Shown one piece after another: positions 19,542 through 29,326 of a stretch of 64,000 bases of DNA. The stretch is from Candidatus Thorarchaeota archaeon (GTDB lineage: Archaea; Asgardarchaeota; Thorarchaeia; Thorarchaeales; Thorarchaeaceae): the NCBI GenBank assembly GCA_048884785.1, contig JBHLQM010000006.1, positions 16,038-80,037 on the forward strand, given 5' to 3'. Numbering within the stretch: position 1 is the stretch's first letter; every line of letters starts with the position of its first letter. The position numbers were made by a program, and so were the translations under genes. The notes below the pieces were generated by a model. The model was not told the origin of the DNA and did no database searches. It saw nothing but the letters and a program-made list of their open reading frames with translations.

Positions 19542-19642
19542 CCAGCTGTTTGAGGTTGATTCAATTCATAAGTTTGACGGATAGGGGATGTCGAAAACAC
19601 CTTTAAGATTCTATGATGCACGTTTAATATCAAACTTTTGGG

Positions 19643-20428
19643 GTGAATCAAAGAGTGAGGTATGCGTATGGAGTGCTCATTGGATTTCTTTTGTCAGGTA
19701 TCATTTTCATTGTGGCAGCAGTCATCAAGCTTGCGGGATTTGGTATAACTGATCAAAATGCACTATCCACCATATGGAATATCTTCCTAATTTGGGTCTT
19801 TGTATCAATTATTCTTGTTTTTGCTCCTGTTGTCATTTCATTCTTTGCTTACCGTCCAATCTTCAAAGATATCGTCTTTTTCGAAGCAGGAGGACTCGCA
19901 TTATTTACGCCATTTTGGTTTGCCATTGCAGCGGAAATATCCGGCGATTCAATCATTGATGTGCTTATGAATGGGGTTGATAATGCCATCCCATTCTTTA
20001 ACGAAACAGGTCAACTTGTAGGAGTACGAATTGGCCCTGTAATGCTGGTTCCAATACTTCTTCTAATGGTAGTTGTCGGATTGTTTATTCTGCGGCCCTC
20101 TTTCATCAGCAGCCTTCATAAAACTGAAGAGCCACCAGAATTGTCAGCCCTGAAGGAATCTGCTGTTGATCCCATGGAGGCGGAAATGCCGGATATTGCT
20201 CCTCCTGTTGCCGATTCGAATAGCATCGATGAACTCAGGAAGATTCTGACTGAGATATCACTACCAAGCTCAACCATTGAATTGATTATAAACGCGGGAT
20301 TTGCCACAATAACAGACCTTGTAGCCACCAGTCCGGAGCAATTGGCGTCTTCAGCCCGGATTGAATCCAAGATAGCCCAGGATATACTTCTAGCCGTGCA
20401 GAAACGAGTTTGGTTTGGTGGAATCTAA
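19643..20428 (+). CDS. Membrane protein (4 TM) with C-terminal helix-hairpin-helix-like domain
   Basis: Hydrophobic N-terminal half; LIINAGFATITDLVATSPEQLA resembles RadA/NusA-type HhH. Confidence 0.6.
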   Translation: MNQRVRYAYGVLIGFLLSGIIFIVAAVIKLAGFGITDQNALSTIWNIFLIWVFVSIILVFAPVVISFFAYRPIFKDIVFFEAGGLALFTPFWFAIAAEISGDSIIDVLMNGVDNAIPFFNETGQLVGVRIGPVMLVPILLLMVVVGLFILRPSFISSLHKTEEPPELSALKESAVDPMEAEMPDIAPPVADSNSIDELRKILTEISLPSSTIELIINAGFATITDLVATSPEQLASSARIESKIAQDILLAVQKRVWFGGI

Positions 20429-20447
20429 ATCAAACTTGCCGATGCAA

Positions 20448-21191
20448 CTATCTGGCTGACATTAATGCATCAAGTGCAATAAGAATCAGGTTTTCAATAT
20501 TTGGCTTTCCAATGATTTTTGCCTCTTTTTCAATAGGTTCTCCAACTATAACGCAAGCCGTTCCAACCCTTACTTGACGCAATTGACCAATAACAAAGAG
20601 GACTGCACTCTCCATCTCTGTGGCTATTACTCCGGCTTTTCGATATGCGTTCCACCTATTCTGCATTGAAACGCTATCAGCGACCAAATCAGGAAATTCA
20701 CTATAAAATGCATCTTTGCTGTGACCTATCCCAATTCGATAGGAAACACCACGCTTCTGGGCTGCCCTTGATAGAAATTCCAAAAGATCCGGATCTGCGA
20801 TTGCAGGATACTCAATTGGGACATATTGCCTGGAGGTCCCATCGTCCCGAACTGACCCTGAAAATATGACGATATCTCCAGCTTTCAGGGTTGTATCTAT
20901 AGCTCCTGCGGTTCCTACTCTTATGAACGTATGACACCCAACACGAATGAGCTCTTCAATTGCAATCGCAGCTGAAGGACATCCGATTCCCGTTGAACAA
21001 ACACCAACAGGGACTCCTTGGTAGGTTCCTCTAAAGCTCCAATATTCCCTTTTCTTGGCAACTTGCTCCGCATTGTCGAAATAGGATTCTGCGATTATTT
21101 TTGAGCGGTCTGGGTCTCCGGGTAATAATACAAGAGGTGGGATCTCGCCAGGTGCGATGTCGATGTGATATTCTCGTTCTTGTTCAATCAT
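20448..21191 (-). CDS. udp: Uridine/nucleoside phosphorylase
   Basis: LPGDPDR, STGIGCPS, IRVGTAG and EMESA motifs. Confidence 0.88.
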   Translation of the reverse strand: MIEQEREYHIDIAPGEIPPLVLLPGDPDRSKIIAESYFDNAEQVAKKREYWSFRGTYQGVPVGVCSTGIGCPSAAIAIEELIRVGCHTFIRVGTAGAIDTTLKAGDIVIFSGSVRDDGTSRQYVPIEYPAIADPDLLEFLSRAAQKRGVSYRIGIGHSKDAFYSEFPDLVADSVSMQNRWNAYRKAGVIATEMESAVLFVIGQLRQVRVGTACVIVGEPIEKEAKIIGKPNIENLILIALDALMSAR

Positions 21192-21305
21192 CTGAGGACA
21201 ACCCCGACTCTGCGTTCAATGTTGACTAAAAATGCTTTCGACAGAACGACAGTTACTCCGACATGCTTAAAAGATACAGTCTGGCCGCGGAATTTAGTGG
21301 TACTC

Positions 21306-21530
21306 ATGAGCTCAGAAATCACAGACTTGGAACGAAATATTCTCGCAGTGATTATCAAAGATAGCCACCGTGCTTCGGCGATAACTCGAATCCTTTTAAG
21401 TCGTCAAATTGACTGCGATCAGAACAAGGTGATTCAGACACTAAATTCATTGGAAAAGAGGAATCTTGCTGAACGATTCACTGAAAAGACATGGATAGCA
21501 AAAGGGAGGGCTGGCGAGCTAATAGAATAG
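21306..21530 (+). CDS. Small winged-helix protein
   Basis: TDLERNIL...V..TLNSLEKRNL..R....W pattern. Confidence 0.6.
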   Translation: MSSEITDLERNILAVIIKDSHRASAITRILLSRQIDCDQNKVIQTLNSLEKRNLAERFTEKTWIAKGRAGELIE

Positions 21531-21569
21531 CTATCTATTGCTTTCCACTATGTTGGAGGAGCAATTCAA

Positions 21570-22556
21570 CTAGAGAATCTTTACAAGTTTGTCAACAATA
21601 TTATACGTTAATTCGGGATTCTTAACTGAGAAGACATGTGTTCGAATAGTATTCGATGCCACTATTCGTCCTTCTACCTTAGAAACGAGGTTCTCGAGTA
21701 ATTCTTCTCCCAGATCCACCAGAGGGAGGACATGTACGACAGCAAGGCCAACATCTGCTGCTCCTTGCTTCCTCAATCTGTCTGCAGCCTTAAGGAGGGT
21801 ACTTCCGCTTTTTGTCAAGTCATCTATTACAATCACATTTCTATCTGTGACATCAAGGTCTCCATGCAGCTCTACGCTGAAGGAATTTGCTCGGCTTTTA
21901 CCAAAACCCGCACAGTCAAATCGTTCTTGTCCTCCTTCATCAGGTGTTACAATTAAGTAGTCATCAAATTCGAATTGATGTGCTGCAAATTTGACCAGAT
22001 CATGCATAATATCCACGATCTGAAGTTTCTCCTTATCGAGTAAATCTTTCATCCAATCAAGGCTCTCTGGCGCATGCGGATTCAGCACCCATATTTTATC
22101 ACACGCCTCTGCTATTTTGTTCATAGCCCAACGTGCTGAAACTGCCTCTCCTGTTTTGAAAGCCTTGTCCTGAAGTGCATACGGCTGAAATGTAAGAACA
22201 ACATCTATTCTACTCGGAGGTTTTACTGGGGTGGCACAGTACACTTTATGTTCCTTTTCTTCAACAGATACAGGTTTATTCAATAGATCCAGCATTAGAA
22301 GTAACTCAATTAATCTGTCCGCTGTAGAGTATGATTCTTGTTCATCAGGACCTGACCCCGTACAACTCTGGACAACCACAACTTTGCGACCTGTCAGCCT
22401 TGAAATTCGGGGTATCCTAACATAGAGGTCTCCATTAGGGAACATTCTCTTGCTATCATAATTCGTAGCAGATCTAAAAACGGTGTATCCAAGTTCTTTA
22501 AATCGGAGGCCCAGATGCTCTGCTCCACTAGCCAGAATAACCTCATATTCTTTCAT
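21570..22556 (-). CDS. Ribose-phosphate pyrophosphokinase-like / PRTase family protein
   Basis: FPNGDLYVRI, VVQS, PYALQDK, PDEGG and VIDDLTKSGST motifs. Confidence 0.8.
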   Translation of the reverse strand: MKEYEVILASGAEHLGLRFKELGYTVFRSATNYDSKRMFPNGDLYVRIPRISRLTGRKVVVVQSCTGSGPDEQESYSTADRLIELLLMLDLLNKPVSVEEKEHKVYCATPVKPPSRIDVVLTFQPYALQDKAFKTGEAVSARWAMNKIAEACDKIWVLNPHAPESLDWMKDLLDKEKLQIVDIMHDLVKFAAHQFEFDDYLIVTPDEGGQERFDCAGFGKSRANSFSVELHGDLDVTDRNVIVIDDLTKSGSTLLKAADRLRKQGAADVGLAVVHVLPLVDLGEELLENLVSKVEGRIVASNTIRTHVFSVKNPELTYNIVDKLVKIL

Positions 22557-22606
22557 TGCTGTCAGCCAAGCCTTGCGCCTTCTTGCCTCCTTAAGTGGAT
22601 TTCTTT

Positions 22607-23170
22607 TTAGTCAATATCTGGTTTTCTTTGGCCAACATAACGACTTCCGGCGCGTTTGTCGTATCCTGTTTCTGCTTTGCTACTAAGCGGGATAAACATA
22701 ACCTGAACAATTCGCATGCCCGGATACAGCATTACAGGGCTTAAATTCTCACAGAAGATTTCCAAGGTCAAGCGTCCGGGTTTATCAACTCCGGTTCCTG
22801 GGTTAACAAGTCCTGCAGCATGAACAATAATCCCAAGGCGTGCTATACTTGACCTCCCTTCCAGCAGGCCAGCATATTTCTCTGAAACCGAGATGCTTTC
22901 CATCGTTTGCCCCAAAATGAACTGACCGGGAAGAATCATGAAGGGTTCCCCATTCGTGTCGACTAAATGTGTATCTTTGTCATGTGGAATCGCGGCATGG
23001 ATATCCACAGGTGGTCCAGGATGGTAAATTCTAAAAACACTATCAAGTCGCAAATCTACACTACACGGACCAATTGCATTCTGATCCAAAGGGGATATTG
23101 AAATCTCATGGTCACGGATTGCTTTTCTAATGTCCGCATCTGATAGCATCATCAATATCTCTCCAAGCAT
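22607..23170 (-). CDS. dcd: dCTP deaminase
   Basis: LSDADI, SVDLRL, EGRSSIARLG, LTLEI, GMRIVQ and RYVGQ motifs. Confidence 0.9.
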   Translation of the reverse strand: MLGEILMMLSDADIRKAIRDHEISISPLDQNAIGPCSVDLRLDSVFRIYHPGPPVDIHAAIPHDKDTHLVDTNGEPFMILPGQFILGQTMESISVSEKYAGLLEGRSSIARLGIIVHAAGLVNPGTGVDKPGRLTLEIFCENLSPVMLYPGMRIVQVMFIPLSSKAETGYDKRAGSRYVGQRKPDID

Positions 23171-23254
23171 CTGTCATGTCTTTCTTCGCCTTTAATTTAT
23201 TGTAGGAGATTCTTGCCTGGATTCTGATTCTCAATCGTGATACAATAACCTATA

Positions 23255-24016
23255 ATGCGGGCGCGCACATATTTGAGTGCCGCCACAGGTATAGTGCATC
23301 AATTGAGCCCAACAGCCAGAGATTTGCTACAGAAGATTGCCCGTGATACAGGAATCCCCTATCGCGAAATAGCGAAGCGAATTAATGATGCCATGACCAA
23401 GGGTGAGGGTTTCATTGAATCTGTACAAGCTCTAGCTAGCGAGCAGGGATTATCTCCTGAAGAATACAAGCTGGATTCCACCAAGATTGCCAATGAAATT
23501 CGAAAAATTCTCCAAGAGGATTATTCTCAGACGCTAATGATTTCTGCAGTCCTAGGTCAGTTGCTGGAATCGAAAGGCAATGAGAGATTCCCTCCACCTG
23601 CCTTCTTTGCATTCTTAGAGATTCTTTCAGATGTAAGCGATGCACCACGAAGAGTGGGAGACACGCAACCTCAAGACATCGATGAATCAACAACTAGAGT
23701 TATCGAGTTGACTACAACTCTTGTTTCTTTGATCTGTGAATGGGGGGAAGTGGGAGTTGTAGGTGTGGCAGAAGATTGTCCAGAGAGTCTTAGGGATATC
23801 GCTAGAGCGGTATTCAGGAAAACCAAATTACTGCAATCCGGAATGTGGACATGCGTATCATGTGGGCGAATCGTTGATGCAAAGGAGACAAGAGCGCTAC
23901 TCTGTTCTGACTGTGATTCTGGACTATCTGAAAATTCGGGCTCTGATATAGTGCCTCCCCATGAGCGGGAAAGAAATGGGTACGGACGCAGCACACCCGG
24001 AAACGAAATCGATTAA
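23255..24016 (+). CDS. Hypothetical protein with C-terminal CxxC...CxxC zinc ribbon
   Basis: CVSCG...LLCSDC. Confidence 0.6.
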   Translation: MRARTYLSAATGIVHQLSPTARDLLQKIARDTGIPYREIAKRINDAMTKGEGFIESVQALASEQGLSPEEYKLDSTKIANEIRKILQEDYSQTLMISAVLGQLLESKGNERFPPPAFFAFLEILSDVSDAPRRVGDTQPQDIDESTTRVIELTTTLVSLICEWGEVGVVGVAEDCPESLRDIARAVFRKTKLLQSGMWTCVSCGRIVDAKETRALLCSDCDSGLSENSGSDIVPPHERERNGYGRSTPGNEID

Positions 24017-24651
24017 TATCGTTGGAAATCCAGTCCCTTTTCCAAGAGGCTTAGTGCATCCTCAATTTGCTCGGAATAAATTATGGTGTCGTCAATCTGA
24101 ATCTTTACTTCGCCCATTTCACGCTCTTCCAGAAAGAGCACAACGGGATCCAAATTGAGAGTAGGGCCCAAGCTAATAAGAGGGGCTATTAGTCCATCAT
24201 AAAAATCGCTACGGCCAATGGGTACACCCATTCTCTTAAGCAACCTTTCGCCTTTATTGCTGAGAACTTGGCCAACGGTTGGCCCTTCATAACTTGATAG
24301 CGCAATAACAAATCGCGACGGGACGTTCCCTCTAAGGTAGAAGAGCATATCAGTCACCCACTCATACTCCTTCACAATGACATCCCCGAAAACAATCATC
24401 AAATCTTCAGAAATCATCCCCTGAACAGGAATGACAGGAGGTTTTATGTCAACAGGATAACGGTTCCAAGTTGAAAAGCTGGGCGAGTTAAAGACCAAGA
24501 CCGTTTCAAATGGAATGAGTTCATAGAGGCTCCTGCATATAGATTGTCCAATTGGATTCAAACCCAATAGCACAGTATACTCTTCAGTTATCTTTCGTTT
24601 CTTGTAAACCTCGAGTATTGGAGAAATCCATTCTTGTTCGAAAGTAGGCAT
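24013..24651 (-). CDS. PAC2 (proteasome assembly chaperone)-like protein, divergent
   Basis: LLGLNPIGQSICRSL....FNSPSF resembles the PAC2 N-terminus; DGLIAPLI. Confidence 0.4.
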   Translation of the reverse strand: MPTFEQEWISPILEVYKKRKITEEYTVLLGLNPIGQSICRSLYELIPFETVLVFNSPSFSTWNRYPVDIKPPVIPVQGMISEDLMIVFGDVIVKEYEWVTDMLFYLRGNVPSRFVIALSSYEGPTVGQVLSNKGERLLKRMGVPIGRSDFYDGLIAPLISLGPTLNLDPVVLFLEEREMGEVKIQIDDTIIYSEQIEDALSLLEKGLDFQRY

Positions 24652-24861
24652 TTGCTTTGCCCTCGTTAAATCACCCTATGTTATGGTGCATGTGAAGTAC
24701 TTTCTATCTAATAATCCATTGATTAAGGTAGCTTTCAAAGTCTTTCAATAAGTATCTATTTGTATCACATTTGAGTAGTCTATCCCCATCCGATGTATTT
24801 ATCTATAAGCCATAACGCGAGGCCTTTCGCCAATCACTAGGACTTTGGTGAGGTCATTTCA

Positions 24862-26211
24862 TTGGATAGCTACATCGAAAGTGTCTACAACAAAGTGGTG
24901 GAAAAAGATCCAGAACAGAAGGTCTTCCACCAAGCTGTGCTGGAGGTTCTCGAAACCCTTGAACCTGCCATCAAGAAATTTCCAATTTATAAAGAACATG
25001 CAATCCTTGAGCGAATAACTGAACCTGAGCGGGTTATTTTATTCAGGGTTCCATGGGTCGACAAGGATGGCAAGACGCGCGTGAATAGAGGTTTTAGAGT
25101 GCAATTCAACTCCGCCATAGGACCCTACAAGGGAGGTCTAAGGTTCCACCCAACCGTAAACCTTGGCGTGCTGAAGTTCCTTGGATTTGAACAAATATTC
25201 AAAAACAGTCTTACCGGACTGCCTATGGGTGGCGGCAAGGGTGGTTCTGATTTCGACCCGAAAGGTAAAACAGATCACGAAGTCCGTGACTTCTGCTACA
25301 GCTTCATGTTTGAACTCAACAAGCACATTGGTCAATTCACTGATGTACCAGCCGGGGATATTGGTGTCGGTGGTCGTGAAATTGGATTTCTCTATGGTGC
25401 CTATAGGAAAATCACTGACCAACATGGCACATGCGTTCTCACAGGAAAAGGAGCACGTTGGGGTGGCTCATTAATTCGTCCTGAAGCCACTGGATATGGA
25501 TGTGTCTATTTTGTTCAAGAAATGCTCAAGACACGAAATGAGAGCATGAATGGAAAAATCGCCGTAATTTCGGGATCAGGCAACGTCGCGCAATTTGCTG
25601 CAGAGAAGTGCATAGATCTTGGTGCGAAAGTCATTGCTATGAGTGATTCAAGCGGCTGGATACATGATCCGCAAGGCATCAACAAGGAGAAGCTTGCTTG
25701 GCTAATAGATTTGAAGAATGTTCGTAGAGGACGAATCAAAGAGTACGCAGATCACTTCAAGGGTGTAACATATTCGGCTTCCAGTAGCCCGTGGGAGTTG
25801 AAGTGCGATATCGCCCTTCCAAGCGCTACTCAGAATGAAGTTGATGCAAACGAAGCTAAGAATCTTGTCGACAATGGAGTGCTTGCAGTTGGAGAAGGTG
25901 CAAACATGCCAACGGTTCCTGAAGGTGTTGAAATATTCCTGAAGAGCAAAATCCTCTATGGGCCTGGAAAAGCGGCTAATGCCGGAGGTGTTTCTGTATC
26001 CGGTTTAGAGATGGCACAAAATAGCCAGCGCTTCTTCTGGACACGTGAGGAAGTTGATCAAAAACTTGGTCAGATTATGTTCAACATCCATAAGGCAGCC
26101 TATGATACTGCAGAGCTATTTGGCGACAAGGGCAACTACGTCCTTGGTGCAAATATTGCTGGTTTCTTGAAGGTTGCAGATGCGATGGTTGATCAAGGCT
26201 TCTTGATGTAA
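24862..26211 (+). CDS. gdhA: NADP-specific glutamate dehydrogenase
   Basis: GPYKGGLRFHP, GGGKGGSDFDPKG, DVPAGDIG, RPEATGYG, GSGNVA and EGANMP motifs. Confidence 0.96.
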   Translation: MDSYIESVYNKVVEKDPEQKVFHQAVLEVLETLEPAIKKFPIYKEHAILERITEPERVILFRVPWVDKDGKTRVNRGFRVQFNSAIGPYKGGLRFHPTVNLGVLKFLGFEQIFKNSLTGLPMGGGKGGSDFDPKGKTDHEVRDFCYSFMFELNKHIGQFTDVPAGDIGVGGREIGFLYGAYRKITDQHGTCVLTGKGARWGGSLIRPEATGYGCVYFVQEMLKTRNESMNGKIAVISGSGNVAQFAAEKCIDLGAKVIAMSDSSGWIHDPQGINKEKLAWLIDLKNVRRGRIKEYADHFKGVTYSASSSPWELKCDIALPSATQNEVDANEAKNLVDNGVLAVGEGANMPTVPEGVEIFLKSKILYGPGKAANAGGVSVSGLEMAQNSQRFFWTREEVDQKLGQIMFNIHKAAYDTAELFGDKGNYVLGANIAGFLKVADAMVDQGFLM

Positions 26212-26221
26212 TTCATCTAAT

Positions 26222-26262
26222 TGCAGGACCTTTTCTTTGGTTCTGCAGTTGTTTAATTTTCA
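26222..26262 (+). terminator. Terminator after gdhA
   Basis: TGCAGGACC...GGTTCTGCA hairpin followed by a T-rich run. Confidence 0.5.
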
Positions 26263-26274
26263 AAAATCAATGGA

Positions 26275-26880
26275 CTAGCTTCGGATAATCTCTAGGAGTT
26301 CTCCAAGGCGCCTTTTAACGTCGCTCTCCACGGTACTCAATTCAGCAAGGCTTCTGATTTGATCTACTTGTGCCTTTCTGTAGTCTGCATCACCGATTTC
26401 ATTTTTTCTTCTCTTGAGTTCCAGAGAATTCATTTCTCTATTGATTTCATTCCTTCTGTCTGCTACTAGTTCGAACCCCTGCTTCAATGACATCCATTCT
26501 ATCATCGCATTGCTTTTTTCCTGCTCAATTCTTTCTCTACGATGTTGCTCTTCCTGCCTTTGCCTGAGCTCTTTGTTCGCTTTTCTAATCTCTTTTTGTA
26601 TTTCGTAGAGGCGCGCCTCAACATCTCTCTTTACTTGAACAATCTGAGTCGAAAAAAGCCATTTCTCATGATATTGCTCCATGTGATTCTTGTCATCAAT
26701 CTCTTTGCTCTCTAGTTTCCTATCTAGCTCATTAAGCTCAGCCTGAACCTCGGCAAGCTTTTCTTTTACTTCTGAGTATGATTTCCTCAATGCCACCCAT
26801 TCAACTGAATACTGCGATAGCACTTCCTTAGGATCCAAATAGTATTCGTCATCTTTGGGTGCATTCAATCCATGACTCAT
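26275..26880 (-). CDS. Coiled-coil protein with internal duplication (CdvA-like helical repeats)
   Basis: Two EW..L......L....EI.D..Y/H...DV..RL.E...IR repeats. Confidence 0.55.
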   Translation of the reverse strand: MSHGLNAPKDDEYYLDPKEVLSQYSVEWVALRKSYSEVKEKLAEVQAELNELDRKLESKEIDDKNHMEQYHEKWLFSTQIVQVKRDVEARLYEIQKEIRKANKELRQRQEEQHRRERIEQEKSNAMIEWMSLKQGFELVADRRNEINREMNSLELKRRKNEIGDADYRKAQVDQIRSLAELSTVESDVKRRLGELLEIIRS

Positions 26881-27178
26881 TCTGAAACTTCCTGAAGGCG
26901 CTAATGTACAAGTATCTATAAATGACTTAAGGATTTGGAGTCATCCTTGAGAGTCACTCTCACTATGATTCTGAAATATTGGTTAAAAGCCCGTATTTGT
27001 TTTCTCCATTACCGCTAGTCAAGAATCATATAGGGGTTTGCTCAACCTATTATTCCAATATGATTTATGTCTAAACACTGTATTCCGACATACTGAAAAA
27101 ACAATTCCGAGTAAATACTATCTGAAACAGTCAAGATTGAGAGATTAGGGAGCAGCAAGACAGGGATGTGCTACAATT

Positions 27179-28246
27179 ATGAAGATAGAGATAGATTTGA
27201 TTCCCCCAGAAAATAGAAAGCCAAAACCAAAAGATGTCTTGAACCTGGCTTTTGGTTCGATGTTCACCGACCACATGTTTATCATGGAATACAAAGATGG
27301 TGTCTGGAAGAACCCGCATATTAAACCATACACACCTCTAGCAATTGACCCAGCTGCTCTTGTGCTTCATTATGGGCAGGGAATATTCGAGGGAATGAAA
27401 GCATACCGAAGGGGAGAGAGAATATTTCTCTTTAGACCTGAAAAGAATATGGAGCGATTGAATGTATCCGCTGCAAGAATGGTGATGCCAGAGATAGATA
27501 TCGACCTTGTTTTGCATGCCCTTTCAGAGCTTCTAAAAATTGAGAAAGATTGGATTCCCACTCAAAATGGAACCTCACTCTACATTCGTCCTACTATGAT
27601 AGCAACAGAAACCAAACTCGGGGTCAAACCGTCATCCGAATATCTCTTCTATATTATCCTGAGCCCAGTTGGACCCTACTTCAGGGAAGGATTCTCACCA
27701 ATTGGAATTTACGTTGCTGATGAGCATGTAAGAGCGGCAAATGGAGGAACTGGTTCTGCAAAAACCATGGGAAACTATGCAGCTAGTCTCTTGGCAGGAA
27801 CTCAAGCAAAACAAGCAGGATACTCTCAGGTGCTCTGGCTTGATGCAAAGGAGAGAAGGTATCTCGAAGAAGTGGGGACTATGAATATTGTTGTTGTCTT
27901 TGAGGAGGAGATTGCGACGCCGCCTTTGAGTGGAACTATCCTACCTGGGATAACACGAGACTCTGTACTTTTGATATTGAAGGATTGGGGACACATTGTT
28001 AGGGAAAGGCAGATTTCTATCGATGAGGTTCTCGAAGGTATCTCTACAGGTAAAGTGAAGGAGATATTTGGATGCGGGACAGCTGCCATAATTGCTCCAG
28101 TGGGTGCTCTGTGCTACCGAAACGCTGAGTATTGCGTTGCAAACGGGGAGATTGGATCTCTTACTCAGAAGTTATTCGACTACCTAACTGGGGTTCAATG
28201 TGGTGAGGTTGATGACAAATTCCGGTGGGTCTATGAAGTTCTCTAA
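27179..28246 (+). CDS. ilvE: Branched-chain amino acid aminotransferase
   Basis: LHYGQGIFEGMKAY, LYIRP, KTMGNY, EEVGTMN, ILPGITR and GTAA motifs. Confidence 0.95.
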   Translation: MKIEIDLIPPENRKPKPKDVLNLAFGSMFTDHMFIMEYKDGVWKNPHIKPYTPLAIDPAALVLHYGQGIFEGMKAYRRGERIFLFRPEKNMERLNVSAARMVMPEIDIDLVLHALSELLKIEKDWIPTQNGTSLYIRPTMIATETKLGVKPSSEYLFYIILSPVGPYFREGFSPIGIYVADEHVRAANGGTGSAKTMGNYAASLLAGTQAKQAGYSQVLWLDAKERRYLEEVGTMNIVVVFEEEIATPPLSGTILPGITRDSVLLILKDWGHIVRERQISIDEVLEGISTGKVKEIFGCGTAAIIAPVGALCYRNAEYCVANGEIGSLTQKLFDYLTGVQCGEVDDKFRWVYEVL

Positions 28247-28268
28247 TTCACACTAATTCGCACTAGAG

Positions 28269-28721
28269 CTAATCAATGGAATCTCTTTCTGCATCTGACA
28301 TTGGTGGGGAATCATCCTCAAGATCATCCCATGCAGGTGGAGGATCAAGATACGCCTCATTCGGAATGGTTTCATCCGTTCTCTCATCCGAGGATTCTTC
28401 TGCAGAAGTGTCTTCATATGATGCCTCAAATTCGCTGATTTCTTCCTCAATTGAAATGTCTTCTGGAGTTACTAGTTCTTCCTCCTCCTCCTCTTCGTAT
28501 TCCTCATCTTCAGCAGGAAGTTTCAAAGTCGCCACAAGTTTTCCATGTTCGATTTTTTCAAGTAGCAGTCTGAACATTCGTTCTACAACGACACTTCTTC
28601 CCTTTGCCTCAAATTCAATGTTGCCGATTTCAAATTCAACCTCTGCATAATCGGACTTGTCCTTTTTCCTATCATGCTTATCTGACATTTCTCCGTTCAT
28701 GGAACTACCCATGTGTGCCAT
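28269..28721 (-). CDS. Acidic hypothetical protein
   Basis: Small folded N-terminal core with an E/D-rich tail. Confidence 0.55.
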   Translation of the reverse strand: MAHMGSSMNGEMSDKHDRKKDKSDYAEVEFEIGNIEFEAKGRSVVVERMFRLLLEKIEHGKLVATLKLPAEDEEYEEEEEEELVTPEDISIEEEISEFEASYEDTSAEESSDERTDETIPNEAYLDPPPAWDDLEDDSPPMSDAERDSID

Positions 28722-28789
28722 AATATGATAACCTAATAAAGGCTACACACACTCTCGCCTTTGCTCTAGCTAAAGCTTATAGAGCCGTA

Positions 28790-29326
28790 ATGATTGATAG
28801 GAATTCCCAAAAGGTGTTACACGTGCCATTTCAGCTATCTGTTGATTACACCAAATGTACGGGTTGTAGAATCTGTGAGCTTGCATGTACGGCAAGAAAT
28901 GAGGGCCGTTTTCAACCAAGTCTTGCCCGACTCAAGATCGTCAAATATGATGATCTCGGACTCGATATACCCAATGTTTGTGGACCCTGTGAACAGGCAC
29001 CTTGTGTTGATATCTGTCCGGTTTATGCAATTAGAAAAAACCCAATCTCAAAGATGACCTATCTGGAAGAAGATAGGTGTATTCTCTGTAAATCATGTGT
29101 TGGTGTATGTGTAAATGGTGTTATTCTCCTTGATACTGAATCAATGCGAATCATCAAGTGTGACCATTGTGGTGGCAAGCCTGAGTGTGCTGAAGTCTGC
29201 CCAACAGGGGCAATCCAATACGGTCCCGCTTCAAAATTGACAACCATAGATCGCCATGGTAAGCTATCATCCTATCTAGCAGAAATTCGCAGAACCGCAA
29301 AAGCTAAGGAACAAGGTGGCACTTGA
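28790..29326 (+). CDS. 4x[4Fe-4S] ferredoxin-type subunit (AOR-associated)
   Basis: Four Cys clusters: CxxCxxCxxxC, CxxCxxxPCxxxCP, CxxCxxCxxxC and CxxC...CxxxCP. Confidence 0.92.
   Translation: MIDRNSQKVLHVPFQLSVDYTKCTGCRICELACTARNEGRFQPSLARLKIVKYDDLGLDIPNVCGPCEQAPCVDICPVYAIRKNPISKMTYLEEDRCILCKSCVGVCVNGVILLDTESMRIIKCDHCGGKPECAEVCPTGAIQYGPASKLTTIDRHGKLSSYLAEIRRTAKAKEQGGT

Noticed and set aside
27029-27042. TATAGGGG(G)TTT(T)GCT shared with 57701-57716 as a regulatory motif
   Set aside because: Only two imperfect copies in front of unrelated genes; compatible with a TATA box plus chance similarity
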